Source of the DNA: Owenia fusiformis
Lineage: Eukaryota
DNA: 64,000 nt
Assembly (NCBI GenBank): GCA_903813345.2
Contig: CAIIXF020000001.1
Coordinates: forward strand, 19,530,001-19,594,000
Reading direction: 5' to 3'
The notes below the pieces were generated by a model, which was not told the origin of the DNA, did no database searches, and saw nothing but the letters and a program-made list of their open reading frames with translations. The translations under genes and the position numbers were made by a program. Of this stretch, positions 38,433 to 52,235 are shown piece after piece (the first letter of the stretch is position 1; each line of letters opens with the position of its first letter).

Positions 38433-39264
38433 TACAGTCTTGATACTGTCCCTTTAGTTTATACCACTTGATCTCGATTTCAATGGCATCATTCCAATTA
38501 GGTTGTGAAATCAAAATCTCAGGAAATCTCAAAAAATAATTGTTTCTTTCACAATTTTGCTTTTTCACATTATAATATGTCTTCCAAGATGTCTTCCTTA
38601 CTTTGTGGTCTAATAATAAATGTGCAATATTTACACATGATCTCAAATGAATACTTCCCGAGGTACAGTTTATAATGTACGATTGGCCCTTTCCATCATT
38701 GACAACTTTTAGTACATTTTAGTCTCACTTTTAGCAAGTTCATTTTTTTTAAAAAATAATGTTCAGATTTAAATGTAATATTCAGCAGGTGGTCAATATT
38801 ATTCACAGTCATGTTTGATAAAGTATTAAATAATTAACAAGGTTATTATTTGTTGTTAACACATGGGACTTGTCAGTGAACGGTTCATAAATTGGCTTAG
38901 CTAATAGGAAGAGCTCTAGCAAGTGCCTTTTGTATTATTCTTTTATGAGAAACATTTGAAATATATTTTTTTAATATTATGAACGTTTTATGTCATTTAT
39001 CCATTTAAATTATATTTAAATATCATGTAAGTTTGTTTGAAAATGAAATAAGAAAATTAAAAATGTGTCATTTGCATATTTAAGGGTAATCATCATCGAC
39101 TTTGTACATTTAACATTGTGGTGCCAAAGTTATTGGAAATTGATAAGTAATAGACAAACCAATACTGTCATTTTTATATCTCAAACCTATGGTTTTTATG
39201 TAAGTACAACAAGGGAAAAACCAAAGAGCATGACAAAATACACAAATAAAAACTTCTAAGCGTA

Positions 39265-40548
39265 TACTGTAGATACACTTATTTTGACTGAACTTAATTG
39301 GACGGATTTGCTCAATTTAAAATATTGGTGGCTATTTAATTTGGCGGATTCAGGACTGAATTATAATTTTTGTAGATGTTTATGTCATTAGGAAAGGTGT
39401 TTACTAAGATATTTTCTGTGTTTCTTTTGGAATTATAAAAAATTGATGACATGTTGACAGGAAGAGAGGCTCCTGAAGTTTAATTATCCCATCGAACGAA
39501 GTTCGGAGGGATATAGGGAACGCCTCCGTCCGTCCGTCCGTACGTACGTCCGTCCGTCCGTACGTCCGTCCGTCCGTCCGTCTGTCCGTCCGTCCGTCCG
39601 GGCAATAACTCAAATACCGTTGGCCCGATTTTGTTCATATTTTGTACACATATACCCTATTGGGGTAGAAGTTCTGCTCGAAAGCCGATTTTCAAAATGG
39701 CCGCTCATTTCAAAATGGCGGCCATTTTAGTGCCGATTTTACAGTAATTTTAGGTACAATATGTAAAACTGTAATAGCAATATGTTTTAAGTGTAAAAAA
39801 ATTATAAAGGACATTAATAAAGCTACAAATGTAGATAAAAAAGCACATGGCAGCCATCTTGAAAAATGGCGGCCTTTACTCGTTATTTTACGATTTTTGC
39901 TGTAACTCAAAAAGTAGTGGAGCGATTTTGTTCATATTTGGTATGTGAATACAATAAGCATGGCACACTGTCCTATGACACTTTTGGTAGAAGGCGGCCA
40001 TTTTGAAAAAAAATTTGAAAAATTGCCACCATTTTAACATATTTTACTATAACTCGAAAAGTAGTGGAGCGATTTTGTTCATATTTGGTATGTGAATACT
40101 ATAAGCATGGCATACTGTCCTATGACACTTTTGGTAGAAGGCGGCCATTTTGAAAAATGGCCGCCATTTTAACGTATTTTACTATAACTCGAAAAGTAGG
40201 GAAGCACTTTTGTTCATATTTGGTATGTGAATACTATAAGCATGGCACACTGTCCTATGACACTTTTGGTAGAAGGCGGCCATTTTGAAAAAAATTTGAA
40301 AAATGGAAGTACATGTGTGCGATTTTTCAAAAATTTTATAGGTGGCTAATAAAAGCATATTATTTCTTCAGCCATTTCTGTTCGATGGGATTCGCTACGC
40401 TTTGGCGTTGCCGTTGTTCTGGTTTCTGAAGTGCATGGTACAAAAATTCCAAACTGAAATTTGAGGGATTTTTAATTTGGCAGATTTTCTGAATCTGCCA
40501 ATCTGTCAAATAATTAAAACGGGAGCCAAATTAAGTGTATTTACAGTA
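39265..40548. mobile_element. TA-flanked Tc1/mariner-type MITE hosting a Helentron-type insertion
   Basis: TA-CTGTAGATACACTTA ... TAAGTGTATTTACAG-TA. Confidence 0.65.
39486..40420 (+). mobile_element. Helentron-type element with (GTCC)n and ~135-146-bp internal repeats
   Basis: ATCCCATCGAA (39486) / TTCGATGGGAT (40381), 3' hairpin GCTACGCTTTGGCGTTGC, long GTCC tract at 39525-39600. Confidence 0.85.
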
Positions 40549-41746
40549 ACCAGCATGATTGCCAACGTATATTGGCATTCAGTCAATAGCTCAGTATAGG
40601 GGAACTTGATTTCCATGTATTAAGAGGTCTGTCCTTACATTAATTTTGGTGTGTGGTAAACATAAGGCAGCAAAAGGCCAATAAAGATGGGTTGAGGGTA
40701 AGTTGGAAAAAGTGTTACAATTGACAATATTATTTACTCTCATCATTTCATGATTTCTTTGATTTTCAAAGTTATATTGCTAAAATATTGAATGTGAATC
40801 TAGCTTTTTCAAATCTAATGAATTTGGATATTTGTACCATCTAAAAGCTTCATTAACTTGAATTATCTTCAGATAGATGTTACATTAGTAATTAGGATTG
40901 TATTAAAAACACCAGGAAGAACTATATTTAATATGCAATAAATCAGTTAGAGAAAACTCATGACTTCATTGGTGCAGCATGTATTTCAATTTACCATTTG
41001 AATACATGGCTAATAGAAAGATAAGCAACAATACAACATACAGCTGTAGTAGCTAAACTAATTTTTACTGAACAATTTTGCATTTGATATTTCTTGTGTT
41101 CTTTATGTTGCCCTTTGTACCTTTTAGACACCAAATTAATAAATATTTAAATGAACAAACAAACAAACAAAATATTGCTTCTGAGTATTGATTGCTATAG
41201 TGATAAATATTTAAGGAAGCAATACACAGAATCCAGTAAAAAAATAACTGACCAATTACAAGTACAGGGTGTGCCAAAAATGACTTTGTAGGGTTTGGTC
41301 GATTATTGGCAATTGCATAACCTTTGTTAAAATTATGTTAAGTTGCATTGCATCTTGGGTCCATTTTATAATTAAAAGTTTATTTAGCTACTACACATTC
41401 ATCTCTAGTTTTTTGTACTGATAGAGCTTCCAAAAATAGATATAGTTTTCAAAACAGGTCAAATCAAACTGTTTTACTAAATGAGATGCTCTGTATAATA
41501 ACATAAATACATTTTACAGATTGAAGTCTTGATAAAAAACTCATTTTAATAACTTATTTAATAATTTTTAGATTACTAATGTTTTAGTAATATATTTATA
41601 ACTTAGTTATTACATGGAGGCTCATTTTCATTTCTCACATCCAGTTGAACAAATGATGCATTTCATAATAGTCTTTTTTCATTTCAGGCTTTTTTCAAGT
41701 GTTAACAAGATTTCTTTCACATAGCAGTTTGGTTGGAATTCTAAAG

Positions 41747-44700
41747 ATGTCTACTATGGAAATGCAGCCATTTTTAAAAGGAGAAAAGCCCTTAAGTTAC
41801 TCCAAAGCAGGGCTTATTGGGCCCGGTGAGAGTGCAAAGGATGAGCCAGAGGAGAACATAGATGCTGACTCACACACCAGACTTCATGAAACTCCAACAA
41901 TAGAACAGCATATTGACATATTAGGGGTATATGTCCCCATGAAAGCGCTGAATGTTTGCTTGGCTATATTCTCTGTGCTATTTAACGTTGCTATGAACAT
42001 TAGCTTACCATTATATTCTCAAGCTGTTAATAGAGCCAAGGGTGATGAATACAATGTACTACTGTTCTCCACATTCTGGTTTCCTATCATCTTCTACATT
42101 ATGGTGGCTTTTATCAAAATCTTCATTGACAGGGACATGCCAATATTGCCCACATCTAAATGGTACCATGTTGTGATGGTTGGGTCATTAAATGCACTGA
42201 GTGGATTAATGATGGTGTATGCCAGTGACCCTTCACGTACACCCCCATATCTACAGGCTGTTTTAGCCACATCCATTATTCCATACACAGTTATTGCAAG
42301 ACTTGTTATTCGCAGAATAGGTAAGCCATAAAACATCTTTTGTTTATAATTGAGACCAAGAAAGTATTATGGCACATATAATTGATTTGGGATTGCCTCG
42401 TTAATGGCCCCGTAAGGGCAAGTACATGGGTCAGAAATTACGGGTTCTAACGGGCCTTGTGTTCACAAGCCAGTATGAGGCAATTACGGAACTTGTTATT
42501 TTGCCTGTACATGGTTGTACAGAGCCCATTGAGGGAATGGATCTCGTACAACTTTGTACGGACCCCGATGTAATTTGCCTGTGTAGAATGGTTGCCTCAA
42601 ATAATGGGTAATATGAATGTAAGGCTATAGTATCAATGGAGGTTTTACAAGAGATAAAGGAATTCTACCTCAGAAGTGCACATCACAGGTCTCATTGACA
42701 TCATATGGTTTCATAAATCAGAAGCCATATGGGCAATGTCACATAGAATTAAACTATGTCTAACAGTCATTATGCTGAATAAAATATTCAACTGGGGCGA
42801 GAATCAAGTGTTCCTATGTATACTGGCTGTTAAACTTTTTTCCATTAGAGGTAACCAAAAGCTATTCAATTTGGATTGATTTTAGATATACCAGTAACAT
42901 ATTTTTAATGGTTGGGGCTTAATCAACCAATGTTCTTGTGAGAAAATGAGGATTTCAGCAAGGGTATATTGATTCAACAAGGGGATATGGATCATTGACT
43001 TAACATTGGCTTATAATTGTATCACAATGCTATCACCATGGAGATATCATGAAATCCACATTATCTTAGAAGAACATTGGCTGATTGAGTCTAAATCAGT
43101 AAAATTATGTTATTGGGTATGTATTTTAAGTTCTAATTTGTCGGGAGTCCTTAAACAGGAGGTTTTGCCTAAACTTAGGGTTTTCTGAACATTTTGGTTA
43201 CCTGTTTATATGATTATATAAAATTACATTGTTCGTGTAATGTTTTACACACCTGTTCTTCTTCAATGATGACTTTCCTTTTTTTTCATATACATTATTT
43301 TTATTTTGTTCCAGGGGTCTGTTTCAAAAGATTTGTATGTACTGGAGTGGTATTGGTTGGATTATTCCTCTGTTCCGTGCCACAGATATTTGGCATCAAT
43401 AAGCCTGCCAGAAACAACGAAGAACCAGGTACACCTGTGCCTATGGCATCAAAGGTCTTCTGGCCAGTTATATTTGCCCTTGGCTTTCTCCCAGTTGGAA
43501 TCCTGAATGTCATCATAGAGATTGCCATGAAGAAAGATGAGGTTTGTACCACGTGCATGTATCATCCTGTTATGTGTTTTGTAAAGGAAGTATCACCATA
43601 TAACATGACAATTAGGAATGTATATCGGTGTGATGTGATTCTCACCATATTGTAATTGTAATTGTTGATCATTTTGTAAATGTTAAAAAGCCTTTCCACT
43701 ATACACTTATTATGTACCCTTGTCAAATTTTAAATAAAAAATGATAACCCAAGCTTTTTTTATGATTTCAGGCTGAATCTGTGACATTCATAGCTGCCAG
43801 CCAGGGGATCAGTTTCCTCACTATTGTGTTTTTCTTCTGGACAGACTTTATACCTGGATTTGGACAGGTAAATCAAATAAAATATGACAACCTAGTTAAA
43901 TCAAATAAAATATGACAACCTTTGCTTCTTCATGATTGTATTTGTTTGAGTTTATTGTCTGTTTATTTATTATTCTATATCATTGATTGTCCGTGACTGT
44001 GGTTCATCTTTTGTTTTGCCATTGGTTGTCTCAGTTTGTGCTTCATACTTTGTTTTGTTTCTGGTTGTCTTAGTTTGTTAATTTATTTGTCATTGGTTGT
44101 CTTAGATTTGCTTCATATTTTGTTTTGCCATTGTCTTGTCTCAGTTTGTGCTTCATAATTTATTTGTCTCTGGTTGTTTTAGATTGTGCTCCATATTGTT
44201 TTTGGAATTGCTTGTCTCAGTTTGTGTTTCATATTGTGTTTTGTCTCTGGTTGTCTCAGTTTGTGCTTCATACTTTGTTTTGTTTCTTTTTGTCTTAGTT
44301 TGTTAATTTATTTGTCATTGGTTGTCTTAGATTTGCTTCATATTTTGTTTTGCCATTGTCTTGTCTCAGTTTGTGCTTCATAATTTATTTGTCTCTGGTT
44401 GTTTTAGATTGTGCTCCATATTGTTTTTGAAGTTGGTTATCTTAGATTGTGCTTCATATTGTGTTTTGTCATTGGTTGTCTTAGATTGTGCACCATGTTG
44501 TTTTTAGAATTGCTTTTCTTGATTATGCTTCATATTGTGTTTTGTTTCTGGTTGTCTCAGTTTGTGCTTCACACTTTGTTTTGTTTCTGGTTATCTTAGT
44601 TTGTTAATTTATTTGTCATTGGTTGTCTTACATTTGCTTCATATTTTGTTTTGCCATTGGTTGTCTCAGTTTTTGCTTCATAATATATTTGTCTCTGGTT

Positions 44701-45786
44701 GTCTTAGATTGTGCTCCATCTTGTTTTTGAAGTTGGTTATATTAGATTGTGCTTCATATTGCGTTTTGTCATTGGTTGTCTTAGATTGTGCTCCATATTG
44801 TTTTTGGAATTGCTTGTCTCGGTTTGTGCTTCATATTGTGTTTTGTTTCTGGTTGTCTTAGTTTGTGCTTCATACTGTTTTTGGAATTGGTTGTCTTAGA
44901 TTGTGCTTCATATTTTGCTTTATCATTGGTTTTCTTAGATTTTGCTTCATACTGCTTTTGGAATTGGTTGTCTTAGATCGTGATTCATATTGTGTTCTGT
45001 TTCTTGTTCTCTCAGATTGTGTTTCATATTATGCTTTGCCATTGGTTGTTTCAGTTTGTGCTTCATATTGTTTTTTGTCCCTGGTTGTCTTAAATTGTGT
45101 TTTATCATTTGTTTCCTTAGATTGTGCTTCATATTGTGTTTTGTCATTGGTTGTTTTAGATTCTGCTTCAAATTGTTTTTGGAATTGGTTGTCTAAGCTA
45201 TAACATTGTGCTTCATATTTTGTTTGTCATTGGTTCTCTTAGATTGTGCTTCATATTGTGTTTGTCATTGATTGTTTCAAATTTTGCTTCTTTTAGGTTG
45301 TACTTCATATTACCTTTTGTTATTGATTGTCTTAGATTATAAAATAATATATGTCTATCTAAAAAGGTGTCTCTGCTTTTCCAGGCTAATTCAACAGCAG
45401 AATTTGTAGACCATCTTCATACAAGTTTGCTCTGCCATTTTGGTGCTGATCAATCCTGCCTTGATGTCCTTGGCCTCAGTTGGCTGTTTATCTTTTCCTA
45501 TGTACTCAGTTGCATATTTATGTTCTTACTGATTCGTTATGCTGAAGGCGCCATCTATGCTGTAATTGTGATTGCGCTAGTGACACCTTTAGGAACACTA
45601 TGGTGGACATTATTCCAAAGTTCACCTCAGTTTGCCTGGGGCCCAGTGTTTAATGAAACTACAGTGTTTACCCTGATTGGATTATCTATAATGATGCCTG
45701 GTGTCATAATGTACAACTATTTTAGTCAGAAGGATGTGAAAGAGAAAGAACAATTGAATCAATCAACAAGACTTCAGCAGCCCTAG
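41747..45786 (+). CDS. CRT-like (chloroquine resistance transporter family, DMT superfamily) multi-pass transporter, copy 1, 432 aa
   Basis: Exons 41747..42320, 43315..43541, 43772..43867, 45385..45786 (1299 nt). About 10 hydrophobic segments; motifs ASDPSRTPPYLQAVL..IPYTVIAR, FWTDFIPGFG, LLCHFG..C, LLIRYAEGAIYAVIV. Confidence 0.85.
42920..43095. mobile_element. Degenerate fold-back MITE related to 56232-56487
   Basis: Shares GAGAAAATGAGGATTT(C)AGCAAGGGT and the inverted AGAAGAACATTGGCTGATT arm. Confidence 0.55.
43980..45340 (+). repeat. Intronic T/G-rich minisatellite, ~36-40-bp unit, >30 degenerate copies
   Basis: Unit ~ TCATTGGTTGTCTTAGATTGTGCTTCATATTGTGTTTTG in intron 3 of CRT-like copy 1. 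Confidence 0.92.
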
Positions 45787-46799
45787 TCAATAAAAGATTT
45801 ATAAATCTCAGACAATCAAAACTCGTACAGCTCAAGATACATATACATTGGTAGAGAAAGATCAGCAAACAACAATACAACATACAGCTGTACAAGCTGC
45901 ACTCATTTTAACTGAACAATTCTGCATTTGATATTTCTTGTTTTCATTATGCATCCTCCATAAGCAGGGCTCCAAAATCCAGAATATCTTATTTCCTTTT
46001 ACCCAGAAGGAGGTATGGATTCTTTTCACCTGCAGCTTGGGAGGATGTCATTATGCTGTCTTTGTACCTTTTACTAATCAAATTAACAAACAAAAAACAA
46101 ATACATAAATAAACAAACAAACAAAATGAATGCTTCTGAGTATCGATTGCTATTGCAAATAATTAAGGTGGCAATACACTGAATCCAGGAAGAAAATAAA
46201 TGATTCGTTACAAGTACAGAGTGGGTTTAAAATTGGTCAATTTTGATAACATACTTTTAAGTTTTTTGGTCCATCCTGTCGAGATGTCCATGACTATATG
46301 ATGTACTTCAAATGTCTTCAAATGTTTACACATACTTGTATATAAATCACATGTCTGAGTAAACGTTTATTACTTAAGATATGAACCCATCATGTGGTTG
46401 TCATATGACAATAACTGATAACAATACAATATCATTGTCAAGTGCATAACCTTTGTTAAAATTCTTTTAAGTACTACTGAATCCTTAACATATTTTGTAA
46501 TCAAAAGTTTGTAGCTACTAAACATTCATTTATGTTTTTGCTATATGAGATGTATAGTATAAGAACATGAAAATATGCAAATTAAAAACAATTAAATGCA
46601 AAGTACAGGTAAGTCTTTTCTCCACACTTATAAAAGAATGATTAAAATAATATTAAACACTGAATATCTTTCATAAACAGACTTTTTATTTCTCACATCT
46701 AGTGAAATAAATGCTTAGTTTCATGATGGTCTTTTTCCATTTCAGGCTCACTCATATCAGGTCTGAACACTATTTCAATCTTAGTTTGAATTTCTAAGG

Positions 46800-49241
46800 A
46801 TGTCTAACATAGAAAGGCAGCCATTTTTAAAAGGGGTAAAGCCCTTAAGTTATTCCAAAGCAGGGCTAATTGGCCCCAATGAGAGCGCAACAGATGAGCC
46901 AGAGGAGATTATAGATGCTGACTCACACACCAGACTTTATCAGACTAGGAAAAAAGAACAGCATATTGACATATTAGGGGTATATGTCCCCATGAAAGCG
47001 CTGAATATTTGCTTGGCTATATTCTCTGTGCTATTTAATGTTGCTATGAACATTACCTTACCATTATATTCTCAAGCTGTTAATAGAGCCAAGGGTGATG
47101 AATACAATGTGCTCCTGTTCTCTGCATTCTGGTTTCCTATCATCTTCTACATTATGGTGGCTTTTATCAAAATCTTCATTGACAGGGACATGCCAATATT
47201 GCCCACATCTAAATGGTACCATGTAGTGATGGTTGGATCATTTAATGGACTGAATGGATTATTGGTTGTGTATGCTAGTGACCCATCACGTACGCCTCCA
47301 TATCTGCAGGCTGTTCTGGCCACAACCATTATTCCATACACAGTTATTGCAAGACTTGTCATTCGCAGAATAGGTAAGCCTAAACATTTTCTGTTTACGA
47401 AGAATCCAAGAACATTGTGGTACATATAATTGATTGGAGGGATAACCTCATTGGATGTTGTCTCACTAGGGATTGCCTCATTGGATGTTGTCTCACTATA
47501 GGGGTTGCCTCAATGGATTGTGGCTGTATCAATGGAAGGGTTGCCTAATGGATGGGTTATATTGTTTTATTGTTCTTAAATGGTTTACACTCTTGATTGT
47601 TTTTCATTGCAGACTGACTACACGTTTTGTTTATGTCATATACATTACTTTTTGTTTTGTTCCAGGGGTCAGTTTCAAGAGATTTGTATGCACTGGTGTG
47701 GTTCTGGTTGGGCTATTTATCTGTTCTGAGCCACAGATATTTGGCATCGATATGCCAGGGGGGAACAGTGGGGACCCAGGGGCACCTATGACATCAAGAT
47801 TCTTCTGGCCAGTTATATTTGCCCTTGGCTTTCTCCCAGTTGGAATCCTGAATGTCATCATAGAGATTGCCATGAAGAAAGATGAGGTTTGTACCCTGTG
47901 ATATGTTTTATGTAGGAAATAATATGTCCCCCTAATGAGGAATGTATCGCCTTGTAATGTGATTATGCATTATGAATGAACCTGTATCCGCATTGTGTAT
48001 AGTGTCTTGATAATTTTAAGGAAGCTTTATCCCTTCAATTATTATGTTTTGATATACAATATATAAGCTTTGTGAAAACACATGTAAACACTACCTGACT
48101 ACAGTCATAATACAATTGTGATTTGATACATTGATTGTGTTATATAACCCATGCCTTTTTAATGATTTCAGGCTGAATCTATGACATTTATAGCTGCTTG
48201 CCAGGTGTTCAACTTTCTCACTATTGTAGCTTTCTTCTGGACAGACTTTATACCAGGATTTGGTCAGGTAAGTTGTATAAATTTCTTTGTTCTAATATAA
48301 TGTTAATATCACAACCATTGCACCTTCTATTCTGATTTATGATTGCATTTTTTTAGTTTATTTTTTATTTGTCCTGGGTTATTTGTTCATGATCTATTGT
48401 CCTTAAGCTTCATATTGTGTCATTGGTTGTCTCAGTTTGCACTTCATATTGTGTTTTGTCATTGGTTTTCTTACATTGTGCTTCATAACGTTTTTTGTCA
48501 TTGGTTGTCATTTCATGTGCTTTACATTGTGTTTTATCGTTGGTTTTGTTAGATTGTGCTTCTTGTCATTGCTTGTCTGGATTGTGCTTCATATTGTGTT
48601 TTGCCATTGGTTGTCTTAAATTGTGCTTCATATTGTGTTTTTCATTGGTTCTTTTGGATTGCACTTCATATTGTGTTTGTCAGAAGTTGTCTTAGATTGT
48701 GCTTCATATTGTGTTTGTCATTAGATGTCTTAGATTGCACTTCATATTGTTTTTTGTCGTTGGTTGTCTTAGATTGGACTTAACATACTGTATTTCTATC
48801 TGTTAGGTTTGTTAAGGAACATTTTCTTTGCTATTCCAGGCTAATTCTCCAGCAGAATTTGTAGACCGTCTTCACACAAGTTTGCTCTGCCATTTTGGTG
48901 CGGATGAAACATGCCTTGATGTCCTTGGGCGCAGTTGGCTGTTCATCTTCTCCTATGTCCTTGCCAACATGTTCCAGTTCCTTTTAATCCGTTATGCTGA
49001 AGGCGCCATCTATGCTGTAATTGTGACTGCGCTAGTGACACCTTTAGGAACACTATGGTGGACATTATTCCAAAGTTCACCTGAGTTTGCCTGGGGCCCA
49101 GTGTTTAATGAAACTACAGTGTTTACCCTGCTTGGATTATCTATAATGATGCCTGGTGTCATAATGTACAACTATTTTAGTCAGCAGGAAGCAAAAGAGA
49201 AAGAACAAATGAGTCAATCAACTAGACTTCAGCAGCCCTAG
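46800..49241 (+). CDS. CRT-like transporter, copy 2 (tandem paralogue), 430 aa
   Basis: Exons 46800..47373, 47666..47886, 48172..48267, 48840..49241 (1293 nt); same intron positions as copy 1. Confidence 0.85.
48405..48780 (+). repeat. Same intronic minisatellite, about 10 copies
   Basis: Same unit in the paralogous intron 3 of copy 2. Confidence 0.9.
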
Positions 49242-49369
49242 GTAATAATGGTTCAATGACCCTCAATAAGTAAAATTTTTACAGCTTTAGACAATCAAAA
49301 CTTCAACAGCCCAAGAGAACTAAATGACTTCAACAGCCCTTCAAAACCAAAATGTCCACTGGCGGACCC

Positions 49370-50210
49370 AGGACTGTTTGCAGATGATACTACTTTAACG
49401 AGGTCAACTCATGATGTACCATCTCTTCATACACTACTTCAGAATGATATTTATAGTATTGATGAATGGATGAAATGTAATAAAATGAAATTTAAACTTT
49501 AGTAAAACAAAATTAATGAAAATAGTTGTTCAAAGTAAGGATGTGATGAAAATGCCATTACAATATCAAATAATGTAATTGTAAATGTTGAATCTTATAA
49601 ATATTTAGGCGTTATTGTTGACAACAAATTAGCATTCAAAATACAATTTGAAAAGCTTTGTTCAAAGATTTCTTGTTGGCTATGTATTTTAAGAAGGCTA
49701 AAGCATTTGTTTCAAAATAAGCACTTATCACAATTTATAGTACACTCATATTACCAGAATTTAATTACTGCTCAATTGTCTGGGGAGAATGTTCCAATAA
49801 AATTCATTTGACTAGACTAGAGAAACTTCAAAAGATGGCAGCGCGAATAATACTTAGTGCTCATTTTGATGTTTCAAGTATTATACTATTTGAATCTTAA
49901 AAATGGACTCCAATTCAGGAAATGATTAAAAACAGGAAATCAATTTTAATGTTCCAGGCCATTTCAGGCATCTCTCCCCATATATTCAAAACTGTTTCAA
50001 AGAGACAAAGTCTGTCTATAATTATGCTACTAGAGCAGTTGTTGAAAACTCAATCTATATACCAAAACCTAACCTTGAAATATTTAAGAAAAGCATATCA
50101 TTCAGTGGTTCGCATCAATGGAACAAGCTTGATGAGACTGTTAAATAGTCTGATTCTGTAAATTCTTTTAAGAAAGCCTACAAACAGATGTATCATATCA
50201 GAAAGTGAAG
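49370..50210 (+). mobile_element. Decayed LINE (CR1/L2-like) reverse transcriptase 3' fragment
   Basis: LFADDTTL, W.K.NKMK, YKYLGVIVDNKLAF, YCSIVWG, RLEKLQKMAARIIL, interrupted by stops and frameshifts. Confidence 0.85.
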
Positions 50211-50256
50211 ATTTATATAAATGCATTCTTTAAAGAAATTGTTCTTTATATTCATG

Positions 50257-52219
50257 TAAAAGGCCCCATATAAAGTTTAAACCACTTTGGCTTATATTGT
50301 AGTCTTACCCAATGTTATCAAAGTGTGATATGTGAAACTTTTTTTTTAAATTTCAAAAAGTGTTTTTTGATAGACTTTTTGTTCCAAAATTTGTGAATTT
50401 ATTTAAAACCAACTTTTAGAGGTCACTCATATCTTCTAATTAGCCACAATTCATACCAATGTATAGCAATCATCCTCCCATGTTTTTTGCCGAAAAAATT
50501 AAGAAAATCGGTTCATAAATAAGCGAGAAATGAACTTATCAGTGCATGAAAATGGTTCTGAGAAAAATGCATTTTAAAATTTTAGTTGTCATAGAAACCA
50601 ATGGTACAATGATATCTAAAACATAATTTATTCTTCCTTTTAACCTGGTTAGACAATCAACATTGATTTTTTATGAAGTCTAACATATTTAGAAAAGATT
50701 GACATCGAAAAAAAATTTCAATTTTTTTCAAAAAGTTTTTGGTATATATATATATATATCTTTTATTGACTCTTTAGATGTCATGACCTGACATATTAGT
50801 CATTACAAAATGAAATTTCACAAAACTACACTACACTACACTAATATATACAATTTATACAAAAAACTTGTTATTTACATATGTTATAATATACTTTAGG
50901 TGTGCTGCATCCAAAATGTTAATCTCCAGGCAAGTTTAAGTTTTTGAATGATTTTGTAATAAAACTTCCAACTTGCTTTTGCACATATTTATCTTTTGAA
51001 GATATTAACATAATGAATGTATTTTCAGGATCATGTTGATCAACATTAATTTTGCTAGTGATGTTGTCAAACAATATTTTTCTATTTTCTCTATGTAAAT
51101 GGCATTTAATCATGAAATGAACCTCATTTTCTATTTCCCCACAAAAGTTACATAATCTTTCATATTCAGGTTTTGGCCGTGGTTTTACATGTCTACCCAG
51201 TTCTATTTGTAATTTATGTGAACTTAATCTCAGTTGTGAAATTGATTGCCTGTGATTTTTGTTTTGAAGGCTTAAATATTGTTCTCTTTCAAAAGTTGTT
51301 TTGAATTTAATGTATGTTCTTAAAACTGGGTATAATTGTAAATCACACTTCCATTTCTCCTTATAATTTTGGTACAATATTTTAGTTAGGTTCTTTTTAA
51401 ATACATAGTCATCCTCAACAACTTGTTCATTCCAAGTGCTTTGGAGATTACAATCTTTTAAAATATTATGAACCTTACTTGACCAAGTATTTTTAAATCC
51501 TAAACTGTACATTTCATAATCATATAGATATGCTTTATAAAGGAGGTTATCTGGACAAAGTTGTATAAGCCGTATCCAATATTTAATAAGATGAATATCA
51601 AAGTACAAACTAAGTGGAAAACGACCCAGCTCTCCATAGACTGCTAGGGTTGCAGTTGATGTTTTCACACCAAGGATACTTTTTAAAAAGGACAGGTGAA
51701 TAGTTTCAAGTGACTTGATATGTTTTTTACTTGACCATATTTCTGAACCATACATCAAAATTGGTTGGACAAGTGAATCAAATAAATGTAAGGCAACGGA
51801 TATGGGAATGTCATTAAACTTGTGATATTGTTGCTTTATTTTGAATAAAGCTTTTCTAGATTGTTCGGTACCTTAGTGACATCACTAATGTTTCAAAATA
51901 TTTTTGATATGCTAAAACATTGAAGTGGCCCATTAAATATGGCATTTTATTATTGAAATAGTGTGTCCTTTGTTCAATCTTTGCATTGGTGTTAAAAAGA
52001 TAATCTTTTTTGAAATGCATTAAGAAATATTTGATGATTAAGAAATTTCAACTTTTTTTGAAAAATGGCGGGAAATTTGAATATTTGAGAAATGAAATGC
52101 TCATAACTTTTTTTTCAAAATTTTTTTTGTTCAAAAATCTCTAAAATCACTTTTTAAGTCCTGGCAAATAGTAAATGAATGATAAAAAAATATTTTCAAA
52201 CTTTAGACGGGGACTTTAA
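50257..52219 (-). mobile_element. Second copy of the Kolobok-like element, interrupted by a LINE
   Basis: Left end TAAAAGGCCCCATATAAAG, right end TTTAGACGGGGACT-TTAA; 51870-52219 is homologous to 6123-6160 plus 8345-8630. Confidence 0.55.
50745..51866 (-). mobile_element. 5'-truncated non-LTR retrotransposon (ORF2 C-terminus with CCHC zinc knuckle)
   Basis: LFDSLVQPILMYGSEIW, AVYGELGRFPL, LRLSSHKLQIELGR, RLCNFCGEIENEVHFMIKC; AATAAA followed by an (AT)n tail at ~50745-50766. Confidence 0.9.
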
Positions 52220-52235
52220 TTCTGTATGTTTTATG

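Noticed and set aside
44186-45203. Cys/Leu/Phe-rich membrane-like ORFs (also 48343-48783)
   Set aside because: Products of the T/G-rich intronic minisatellite.
41680-46750. Acceptors just upstream of both CRT ATGs as evidence of trans-splicing or a shared first exon
   Set aside because: Ordinary GTAAGT donors exist upstream of each (about 40697 and 46608), so cis-spliced UTR exons suffice.
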